Below, one piece after another: positions 1 through 12,250 of a stretch of DNA of 64,000 nt. Every line of letters begins with the position of its first letter. Within the stretch, counting starts at the first letter, position 1. The notes under the pieces were generated by a model. It saw only the letters and a list, made by a program, of their open reading frames with translations. It was not told the DNA's origin and ran no database searches. The translations under genes and the position numbers were made by a program. The stretch comes from a virus: the IMG/VR virus record IMGVR_UViG_3300036886_000243, positions 1-64,000 of that record. The stretch is one strand, 5' to 3'.

Positions 1-1
1 T

Positions 2-3000
2 GATGCATCCTTTGATTTGTATGGAAGCTATGGTTTCAAAGTTGGTTATTTCTCTAGCGCAGATTTATGTTATGGCACTAAAACCTTCACTTCACAAACT
101 GAAGTCTTTATGAGGGCTTATCTATATATTAGTCCTAATTATAAAGTAGCTGCTGCTGGAAACAGTATCAAAGTTTTAAGCTTCTTATCAACTGGTGGTG
201 GCCAGGAATTAGTTTCTTTATATTTGACTGCTAATGGTGCTACTAACATCATTAATAATTGGACCACATTTATAGATACAGTCGGCACACAAAACTTTGC
301 TACTAATTTCACAACAGGTAATTTTCACAAAATAGAATTACACTTTAGAGCTGGCACTGGTGCTGATGGTGGTGGCCAAATATGGGTAGACGATACGCTC
401 TTGGCTAGTAACTTAACTTTAAACTTAAGCGCATTAGCTTGTAACACTCTATTAGTTGGACCTAGTACTGCTGGTATAAATTCTATACAAGGTTCTTTCT
501 TGTACTTTGATGACATAAAAGTTGATAACTTCCCAGCAATTACTCCAGCAAGAATTCCCGACTATCATGATCTATATACCAAAGTATTTATCAACTCACC
601 AGAGACTAGAGGATATCAAGATTTCGGTTTAAATAAAGCTGATCCTAATATACAATTAACTATAACTGGTACATATGGTTTTTATATAACAGTAAATGGT
701 TATAGCTCTCCTGTCCTTGTCACCATTAACATAGTCGCTACCGATACTCTTAATACAATTGCATCAAAAATTAACCAGCAATTTGCTACACTAGCTTATA
801 ACGGAAGACCGTTTATATTTGCCTACGCTAGAGTTTTCTTAAGCCCTATAACAACTGGTTGGGACTTAAGGATATATAGTCAATCTAGTGGAGATTATTC
901 TACTATACTATTATGCGTATACGGCATTTGAAACTTAAACTTAGTTTTAGGTGGAACTGGATATTTAACAGCAGTTCCAGGCGTTAGCGATTGGAATATA
1001 ATAAATGATATCACATTAACTGATCATCAATTTATAGTAGCAAACGGTGTTACAACTCAGCCGCCTCCAGGATTAGATGTTGGTACGGTAGCCTATGAAT
1101 TGTATTATGCTATGTTAGCAGCTGGCACTAATTTCCCAGCAACAGCCCCACAAAACAACTTCACTATAGGGTTAAATAACTCTATAGGTTTTGATCACAG
1201 CAATCAACTCTATGTATACTCTAATTTAGCGACACAAGGCTTTCAAGCGTTGAATATGAGCGTACCTGATCCTGCTCTAAATTCTCTGCTAGCGCCATTA
1301 ACTACATATTATTTCAAATTAGTTGTAGACGGTGGACCTCTTACTGAGTATGCTATAATAACGACTACTGATACATCTTATCAGGGCGTAGTGAATTCAA
1401 TAAATAATGTACTGACTGGAATAGTCACTGTAAGCTTTAGTATAACAAACGACATCATATTCACATCTGATTCCTATGGACCTTTCTCGAGCGTATCTAC
1501 AGCTGACGGCACTACAGGTACTAGTTTATTTGGTTTTGCTTATCCTGCTGCTGGTTTTACACCTTCAGCCCTACATCTACCACCAGTCTTTGGAACTGGT
1601 ACTATAATTTCAATTAGGCCGTGTCCAATAAAAACGTTTGCAATAATAAAAGATTCAATTAAAGAAAGAGCCACATATAGTTATAATGATACTATAGTTT
1701 ATGTTACGCCCACAGCGCAATCTAGTAAAAGAGATTTTATAGATACCTATACAGCATTTTTAACTAGTACTAGTGCAAATAGATGGTCAACACAAAATAG
1801 TAGAACTATCGCCTTAGATTTAAGCGCTCATCCGAATTGGTTTGCTGGGTCGACAATAACTAAGTTATGTCCGCTTACTATTGGTCTTAATAACTACCTG
1901 TTAGTTGGTAACTCTAAAGGTCAAGTATTTTACTTTTTAGCTAATGTTACTTTGTATAACGAAGATATGATCATATCTTCTTCGACACCACCAGACCCTG
2001 CAACTTTTGTATACTTCACTAGCGCAAATTTAAGACAAGCTGGATTACCAACGCAAGGTGACCCTGAATTTATAAGCAACTTCTTTACTTATGTAGATTC
2101 TGTAAATAATAAGACTTATTTATTTATTTTAACTCAGAGCTACATATATTGGTCAGATATAACTGCTGGTCTAACGCCCAGTCAGTCTTTTAACATAGTA
2201 AATACTAGTAGTTCGTTAATAGTACCGAACGTAACTGACGTCGTATTCAAGGAAATAAGATCAGCAATAAGTTGGACTGCTACTGTTAATCCAACTACCC
2301 CATCAACAAATAATTATGTAATTTTTGTTGGTAAGTCTAACATAAGCACATGGAATCGCGCCCCTATTGTCTATGGACTGTATAATTATAATGGAGCGCA
2401 TCCTGAACAATCATTTATTTGGAATTCAGAAAGTGTATATGAGAAATCACAAATAGACGATATAAGATCTATATCTAAATTTAACAACTGGCAAGATCCA
2501 CAACAAACATATCAATTATTTATAACTAACAACGTTAACGGTCCAGAACTCTGGACTGGTAATTCTCAAAACGGTACGTTTGAGGTTGGTGGTGTAGGTG
2601 GCGACAACAGATTTGTAAGGTTTAGTTGGATAAATGCTAATCATGAAAATGGTACTGATCCTTTTGGAATAAATACTAGTTTGAGCTATTTAAGCTTTGC
2701 GACTGTTTATGATAACAAGTTATTCGTCGGCGGATTACGCTATGACATTAACACTATTGGTGGATTATATAGTTACGGGCTCAACCAGCTTCAAAATTAT
2801 TTTACAGTTGATTCAACTTTATCATCAGCCTTTGTTGATACCTCTGTAAGTAATTCTGCTTTATATGTTGTATTACATGATGGAACTACGGGCAACGCCG
2901 ATCCAGCTATTGCTAAAATAAATCAAGAGACCGATGCTGGTAGAGCTGTAATAGTAAGCGCTATAGATCTTGAAACAGTTTCTGAGTGGCCATCGCAATC

Positions 3001-6000
3001 TGCTTTTCAAGTAGTATTGCTTGGATTCACAGTCGGTGGTATAGTTTATGACGGCACTTACAATGTAGTATTTAATGGAAATTTCTCTGACATAAATGCG
3101 ATTGTGACGGCAATGAATGGTGGTGATGTAGCAGCTGCAGGATTTAAAACAGCTATAAATACAGCTACTAGTACTGTAAGAGATTTGACGCCAGCAATAG
3201 AAGCTGTATTATTGACTGATATAGTATTGTCTGGTTCTGTCTATATAAACAAATTTAAAATTGCAATTCAAAGTAAGACTTCTGATCCAGCCGATCACAG
3301 CGGGTTCACTAGTCCAACACAACCAACTCAATCTAATTGTACTATAACCATTAATAACCCAACCACTGGAACTACTATAGTTGGCGTAGGCCCCAACACT
3401 CTAGAAATATTGGCTGGCACTACAGCACACGCTAATTTACAATTAATAGATTGGAATAACGCGAAACTTAGACAAGTAAAAAGAGTCTCGACTGATTCAT
3501 TCGAATTAAATTTTGGAACGCTAAGCTATATTAACATTACTCCATATATACCCGGCGGATATTCTATACTAACTGGTAGCTTTAGATTGAAGGCAGATCC
3601 AAACGACGAGATTGGTTATTCACAAGGCGACGGCCTAATTCTAACTAGCGGCACTACGCTAACATCGTTATCCCCAATATATAATGGAATTTACACCTTC
3701 AAAGTTGAGTTTGATGCAACAAACATTGCGGGAACTGCCCAGGTTACTAGAATTGTATGCGCAGCTGACTCTAACGGATCTTTGAGTGGAACCTACTTCT
3801 TAATTAACACGCCAACTAAATATTATTATGTTTGGTACAATGTTACTGGTTTAGCCAGCCCATCTATAGACCCACAAATATTTGGATGTTCACCAATAAT
3901 GGTAACAATCCCAAGAGGTACCAGTGCAGCAACTGTAGGTACTACGACTGCTTCTGCCCTAACTACAACCTCAGACTTTATAGCCTCTTCAACTTTAGGC
4001 ATAATCACAGCAACAAACACATCTAATGGTCGCCTAGTACCAGCATCTGATGGAGATACTGGTTTTGGGATTACTACTACAAACATGGGATCTGGTGGAA
4101 ATGTTATCAACCAAATTGTAGTAAATTCGGCCAGTGTCACAACAATAAGTAGTTTAATAATTTCTATAAATTCACAAATATCTGGTGGTGTAGCAACTTT
4201 AAGCCCTATTGGTAATACAACTGACTATTGCGACATAGTAATAACTTCTCTCACTATTGGTAATAATTCTAGTGTAAGAATTTTCGCAGATACTTTGGGC
4301 AACTATCTATTTACTAAATATGGATTGGATATAATACCTAATCAGCCAGTTCAAGGAAGTACGGGTCTTAATACGGCTGGTTATCAGACACTAGGATTTA
4401 CTTGGACTAATTCTGACTATTTCTTAGAATATAGTTATCCCAACAGCCCAGGTACTGGCCAAGTAAGAATCTATATTCCGAATGGTTCTACTAGATTGAA
4501 CACTGGTTCTACTATTTATTTAGATTTTTGGGCTTGGACTACACTAACTAAGATTGCGGCCAAAGTCGGTAACCCGCCACAGAATACTATTCCAGTAGCT
4601 GGTCAGTGGACTTATAAGCTAGAATCTAAAGAAATTGTTTTGGCAGTAGCCCCAAGTACAGTAGCACCACAAGACATGATTTTTGTAGATCTAGAAGTTT
4701 ACAAAGTTTTAGCAGAATTAGATTTAGGTAATACGCCGCCAGTTGATCAGACTGCTATATCTGATACTTTCTATGGTACTCAACCATTCAATCTGACTAA
4801 CGGGGATGTAGCCTTAAACAGACCATTAGCAAGAGTAGAAGCTTTAGATTATGGTATTTTCTTGTTGAGTACTAATACTTCCAACTTAGACAACACTGGT
4901 TCTAATTCACCTATAGTAATAAACTATTCTTTCTTCTTGCCTAGAATAGATCTATTAATGGCTCAAAAAATGCCGGATCAATATGGTAATAGAGTTATAG
5001 AAGTGAAGGGATTATCAGATTCAATAATGCCATGGGCCGAAGTACCACAAACAACTTTAGACTCTACTTCGATGTTATACGGAGCCTTTGTTAGCTCTCA
5101 AGATTATAATAACAATAACATAATAAGTCTGCCATGGTATAGTAACGCTGATGTAGATAAAGACAAAGTTTATTTCACTGGTGAATCTGTACATTATTTT
5201 AGCTCCGATCAAAACTTTATATCAGCTAGTGGTCTTAAGTATATATCTAGAAATATAAACTTAGATAAATTCATTCTTAATAATGATTACGAATTAGTAG
5301 TAGTCACAGATCCAGTCGGAATCAATAGTTTCCGAAATAGAGACGCCAAATATAATAATCTAGATCAGTCTAAATGTATATTCGTTAATAATGATACTGG
5401 TAGTGATGCTTCTGATGGTCAAACTAAAAATTCGCCCGTTAAAACATTACAGAACGCAATAAATCTAGCCACCAACACTAGACCTTACGTCATAATAACA
5501 AGACCAGAGAATTTAAACCAAACTGTTTATACTTCAATTACTATTAATAAGGGTTTTGAGATTTTCATAATAGCTGAATATATTGCTGCTATCCCCCAAA
5601 TAACAATCAGCAGTCCTTGTTATTTACAGGGATTAAACGTTGGAGGCACGGCGGCGCCAGGCTTGGGTATATTAATATTGAATGGCCATGATTTAACAGC
5701 TAAATATTGCAATATTCAAACAATAACTACAGTAGGATATCCATCTGGATCTGCAACGTACAGTAGTATTAATGTAGCTGTTTACAATTCTATTATAGAA
5801 GTAAATGGTGTTGTAGTACTAAATAATCCTATAATTCCATTGAATATAACTGGAGCTACTAATGTATTATTTCAGAATGTATTTATTAGAAGCAGCGCAC
5901 AGATACTTAACTTCAGTCCGGCGACTTATAGTATAACAGCGACTAATACTTTTACATTTAACAACATAACTAACGGTCAAGGTCATGCTGGTACTACTAT

Positions 6001-9000
6001 AACAACTGCTGGTGGAGTATCTCAGAGCATTAATATAACAATTAATAATTCTATATTACCAGCTAACGACGCAGCTGGAATCACAAACTTTGCAACTAAC
6101 GCTGTGGTGACTATTAATAGATCGTTAACTTATAGATTGGTCAATGTTGATTCGGGATCTATTGTAACTGATAAATCTCAAATTGTAAGCGTGGGCGATA
6201 TTGGAATAAATCCTATTACCGGTTCATCAAACTCAATAGCGAGAGGTTTCGCAACTGATTCTTTCGCCATAAACTATATTGATAGACACATAGACGCAGG
6301 AGCTTTCTTAGAAAACAGAATAGAATTAGGAATAGCTAATCAGGCAGCTCCTTCTCTAACCGAATCGTTTATGCACCTACATGAACAAAGATTACAATAC
6401 AGATATAGTATGTTGGGAGATAAGTTTAGCTTCTGGATCCGATTTCAATTGATGACAGACTATACCGTTCCATTTGTATTATTCGATACACGTTATGATG
6501 GCGACTTTAATGTTGATTCAGGATTGTGGAATTTAAACGGTAATGAATTTATACAGATTGTGTATGACAACAACACCTATGCTTTACCATATCTTGATGA
6601 TTCTAAATATTGTTTCAAGGTCGTATTTAGTAATAACTTTGCAACTTACGTAGCAGTCATTGGCCCATATTTTACAGCCTCAGACAATCAGGAATTTGGC
6701 GGACCGAGTGGTCCCAATGGATTCTGGCACGAACTAGGTGTCGTCTATTCTTTAAAGGATATCTATGACAATAAGTATGATTCAATTACAGGCACAGGCG
6801 TTTCTAGCTTAACTCCTCAAACAGTAGGTAGTCCTATTTCTAAGAGTGTAGTAGTTGATAGTAATAGAAAACAAGGTGTCGTTATTACTTTATGGGATAG
6901 TAAAGTAGACAAGATCTACGCACCTTCGTTACCGTTATTTGAAGATCTGAATGGTAATCCAGTTGCTAACAGTAACTGGTACCCCGGCGTATCTATAAGT
7001 AATTTCTTTAATATCGGTGGTGGTTGGTCAGCGGAGTGGGATGGAAGTATATGGTCCACGTGGATACCTTCTAACGGACATCTTTCAATTGATAGATTCT
7101 TAGTTAGTCACGAGGTAATTCCAGCCAATGTATTAGTCAGCATCGGACCAAGAGAAGTTATAATCTTAGATGAAAACGATTGGCGAACGGGTAGATGGGA
7201 TGACAAAGATACAGACATAATAATACATTGTCAAAATCCAAATCCATTCTCAGAAAACGGACTTTATCCAGAACCAGGATATCAAGTTTCATTCCGCCCA
7301 TATGAAGGGTTTGAAGGCAACGCAATAGCTATAGAAGAAGCAAGTCCAAACCTTATACAATATGGTCGCTTCCAGATGGGTCAATGGTTTGATAGAACTG
7401 CTGCAAGTCAATGGGCTACAGGACCTGTAACTGTTTATGAAGAAGTTCAAGCAACTAGTCCTGGTGTAGCTATAGCAGACCTTAGAGGTGGAAATTTAGT
7501 AGTCGATTTCTTGAACACTTCTACATTAGTTATAGCACATTCAACTACAGTATTAATTGGACCTACTTTACCCTTCTCGCCTCCAACAGTTTCAATGGAT
7601 ATTACCGGAAATAGTATAGTAGTGGGCTACATTTATTCTGATAGTTTCTTCTATTTTAATACAGTCAACACTAATACTTATTTATTGGGAACAACAGCGC
7701 CGGGATATCAACTTGCTAATACAGCTGGTGCTACCTATATATCAGTTACAGCTGGTGCTACTAGTTCACAAGCAATATTTACTTACGAACATACTGGTTT
7801 AGGTTACATAGTAATAATAGATGTAACTACTAATACTGTAATCGCTGGCCCAACTGCTTTTAGTATCGCTCCAATAACTTACAGTAACGCTAACACTTCT
7901 GTAGACAAAGATGGTAACCCAACTTACGTTATAGTTTATGTAGATGCAGCCACTAAGTTCTTGAACTATGTAATGTATAACTCAACCCTAACAGCCACTG
8001 TTTACCCAATAGCCACTTTAGTTCAAACAGAAAATCCAACTCATCTAGAATGCAATAGCTTTGGGGCTTTTGGAAATACAGCTATAAAGTGGATTAATAA
8101 TACCGACATGGTGGTTGGTGGAAATTGTGAAAGTATTACAGCTCCATTCTTGTTTGGACAAGTTCCAGCAGCAACTGTAAATGCAACGTGGGCCCAAAAC
8201 GCTTTAGTACCGCATACCGGTGGTTTTTCATTCGAGCTTACATTAACTCCCGCAGCAGCTGACGCCCAAGCTTTTTTGGGACCATCCTCTTCGGTAGACA
8301 TGAGCGGTTTTATTGCAGGGCACACATATAAATTTGCAGCATGGATTTACATTCCAGCCCAAGCTGTAGTAAATATTGCAAACTTCAGTCTCACATTTGG
8401 TTACTACAATGGATCTTGGACGTATGTTCCAGCTACACCCACGGCAATATTCAATGCATGGCAATATATTACTGCCTCAATTACGATACCTGGTGGTGCT
8501 ACGGGTGCTCAAGTCTTTGTTCAAATAACTTCGGCTGAAGCTATTGGTACGCATTGTTATTTTGATGATATTCAAATAATAGATGCAGCAAATCCGACTA
8601 CTCTAAAAACTGCATTGATTAACGACACTGGATTATTAGCAGTTTCACCATTTCCAGTATATGCTAACGCAGACACTGGATTACAAGCGGATGATGTATT
8701 GCTAACATCAAATAACAACATGTTATTTGCTGTAAAAGATTTTACTACACAACACATAAACTTTGCTATATACAATAGTGCACTAGACTTAGTACCCAAT
8801 TCGTCTAATATAAGACCTTACAATATGAGCGACGTTGACGGAAAAATATTATTATCTAATGTGTATAACTCTAACGACTATGTAATTATTACAGACAACA
8901 TTGCTGGTAACGCTAATATCATAACATTAGCTACAGATGTACCTACATTATGGTATAAAGATTTTACAGGAGTATTTCAGACTTTCATTGCGGATGTCGA

Positions 9001-12000
9001 ATCAACTAATAGCTTATTTGGTGAAGCGGCCTTTATCGATTTTGCCCACGAGCCAATGGCTGTAGAATCAGATGTATTTGTAGCTGACGCTGAAACAGGT
9101 AACATATCGCAATGGACGACGAACGTACAATCTGGTGGTAGTATAACTGCTGAAAATGCTATAATAATTCATGGTAATTATAGCTACCAATTTCAATACA
9201 ATGGATCAGGCAATGCAGTATATCTAAGTAAGAATGCTGGCCTTAACCCTGGTGGCAATCCAACGTTGTTTGGTAGATTCTACATTCAGTTGGATAGTTT
9301 TTTCACTTTAACGGGCGTCAACCCACAACTTGTTATAGCTCAATATGGGCCATCAGGTAATCCACTAGTTCTAAGTATAGTCTATAATTCAGTTGACAGA
9401 AAATATAAGTTATCAGGTTCTGCTGGCGCTTTCGGTAGTTTCCTTACTGCCAATAGTGTCATCGATTATAGTACTTCACACTATATTGATATAGAGTGGG
9501 TAAATAATGTTTCAATTGGCGGTTGGTCGGTTTGGGTAGATGGTACATTAGTTGCTAGCGATTTAGCTCAAGACACATCTTCGCTTGGCAATCCTTCAAT
9601 TTTCATAATAGGAAACACAGTTGCTCAAGCTACACCACCAGCTACATTAGCTAAGATCTATTTTGACGACGCCAGATCAGGCTACACTGGACCAATAGGC
9701 GCTTATACAGCAGGATTGGGACAAGGTCAGATATGGCAGCCAGTAACTGTAGTTAACTCAGGACAATATTTCATATCTGGATTTTTTGCAGTTACCTCAG
9801 GCAATTTTATACTTACATTAGAAAGTACTAGCACAGGCGCTGGTGGGGCACTAAGTAGCCCAATTCAATATGAGTTTAGTAATTTAAAAATCGAGGGAGA
9901 TATAGCTAACGCTATACACCTGACTAAAGGAACAGACACGGTAAATAATTTTACTTTGAACCAAGTAAATACTAATAGAATTGCTAGATTTACAATTGGA
10001 TTCACTGTCCCGAATGCCGGCTATATAAACGTTAGACTACAAACTCCCTATATCTCTGGCTCAGAAATAGACACTCTATTTGTGGACAATCTTAAATTAG
10101 AAAATAACGCTCATGCTACGAGTATAATAACTTCGGGCACAGGTAATGCTGTTTATGATATTCACTTGAAAGAGAAGGGTAATGCCTACTTTAGAATAAC
10201 CCCAGAGTTTTTCACTACTACAGCAACTAACCATACTATATTTTCTGGATACACCACTAACAGTTTGAATGTCGTATATACAACGCATGAATTATATTTT
10301 AGCGGAGCAACTAAACAATTTATTTTCTATATTCAAAATCTTGACTTGACAACAGTTCAAGTAGCGTCAGCAATATACGGAGATGCTATATCAATACCAG
10401 CCTTCACAGACTTAAATTCTCCGCATACAATTGTAGTGAACTGGGATTTATTCCACGGCTATTTGGAAATGTATATTGACACTATTTATTATTCTACTAC
10501 ATTCCCAGTTCAATCTAGAATAGCAACATTTAAGGAAGCTGATTTTACAGTTATTGGTAATGTATTTGATCTAAGCCGACATGCTGGTTGTCTATTTGAT
10601 TTAATACGAGTTGGTGAAACTCCACTATCTACAGACGAAGTTCTGGATCTGACTTTAAAGGCGAATCCTTTCGTTCATCCATCTGATACATACATAGGCT
10701 CAGTAGGAGTAACTGGTCTATCTTTCTTTGGATTAACCAGCGGTGATTTATATGATCAAACTATATATTCAAGACAAGTTGGTAACGGTTGGGATCTAGT
10801 TATTGATACTGGTAACAATTTTCTTAACAACTTAGTAGTTCAAGTTAACGGATCTCCGTTAGCAACTTTCACAGCCCAGGGCGTCGTAATAAATGGTAGC
10901 CTAGAGGTTACAAACTTAATAGCACAAACTACGACGACACTATCAACTACTGGAGATAACATAACTCTAAGATTTGGATTTACAGGAATCCCACAACCAT
11001 CTAACAATGGTTATTTCCAAGTAGATAGAGGTAATTTAGCTGACTCTCAAATTATTTGGCTAGAGGCTATAAAGGCTTGGGCGTTTAACGATGGAACTAA
11101 TACCAATATCGCTATTGATGGAACCTCTATAGGAACTTGGAACGCTGCCGCTCCTAATTGGAGCATAGATGTAAACGCAAGTGGCAATTTAACGTTCTTG
11201 AGTGGAACTACCACTAACTCTAACACCACGGCCAGAACTGGTGGCGTAGAAATGTTAAGAGTGAACTCAGCTGAAGTTGCATTTAACAACTCTAATCTCC
11301 AAACTATAAACTTTAGAATGTCTGGCGGTTCCAGAGATCATATGTTCTTCCTAAATACCAATTTAGGAAACTTAACTGTGGGTAGAAGCGCTGGATTGAT
11401 TCCAACTTTTACACCAAGTTACACACCTATAATGGCTGTAGATACTTTATTATCTGTGGTAAACGTCAACTCCAATAACTATGGATCTATAATGTTTGCT
11501 GAAAATGCAGGAACAGTTGGTGGTCATATAGGTTGGGGTAATTTTACAAGCTCGCCAACTTATTGGGAAATTGTAACTAGAACTGGTCAACTTAGAGTTT
11601 GGGGTAGTGACCTTGTAATGGGTAACACCGACGGATCTCGAGGAATAACATCTACAGGCTTAGGCCTAAGCTTTTTCGAGGATCCTATAAATGCTAGATT
11701 GGCATTTACTTCAAACGCACAAACACAAACTACCGGAGTTTCTTTAGCTGGCGTATATTGCTGGGGTAGTTTTACAGCCTACAAGGTATTTAACAATGTT
11801 TGGAACGATTACGCAGAAGCTTTCGATTTTGATAAACAAATAGAAAAAGATCCTGAACCAGGATTTGTTTACGAGCAAACGGAAAAAGGTCTGATCAAGT
11901 CTACTAAGCGAGCTAGTAAAGCTGCAATAGGTATTTACTCAGACACTTATGGACAACTTATGGGATCAGAAGGAAAACTATACGATGCTGAACATTTAGA

Positions 12001-12211
12001 CGGATCCAAGATCCCAATAGGCTTGATGGGAAAAGTTAAAGTATGGATCAAAGAAAAACTTGAAATCGGCGACTCGCTAGTTTCTGCACCTAATGGTTTT
12101 GCCACTAAAGCTAATGAATATGAAAGAACTTTCAGTGACTTAATACTTGGTAAAGTTCTCGAGACCTCTAATGATAATTCTGAAAAAAGAGTTTGGGTCT
12201 TAGTGAAATAA
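2..12211 (+). CDS. Giant tail fibre/tailspike-like virion protein (5' end upstream of the window; one in-frame TGA at 929-931), with LamG/ConA-like, beta-helix and CBM-like domains and a C-terminal Peptidase_G2-like intramolecular chaperone
   Basis: ORFs 17..931 and 1100..12211 are in the same frame, which is open from nt 2 and between 932 and 1099. T/S/G/N-rich. Beta-helix cap motif IFVNNDTGSDASDGQTKNSPVKTLQNAI (~5380-5465). C-terminal WNDYAE...IPIGLMGKVKV...IGDSLVS...ILGKVLE. Confidence 0.8.
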
Positions 12212-12250
12212 ACACATAATTTAATTCTATACCAAAATTAGGAAGCTTCT

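Noticed and set aside
929-931. Genome-wide TGA recoding or selenocysteine
   Set aside because: Many genes end in TGA with ATGA coupling, and long ORFs are otherwise intact in code 11. This is a single occurrence with no recognisable SECIS or redox motif.
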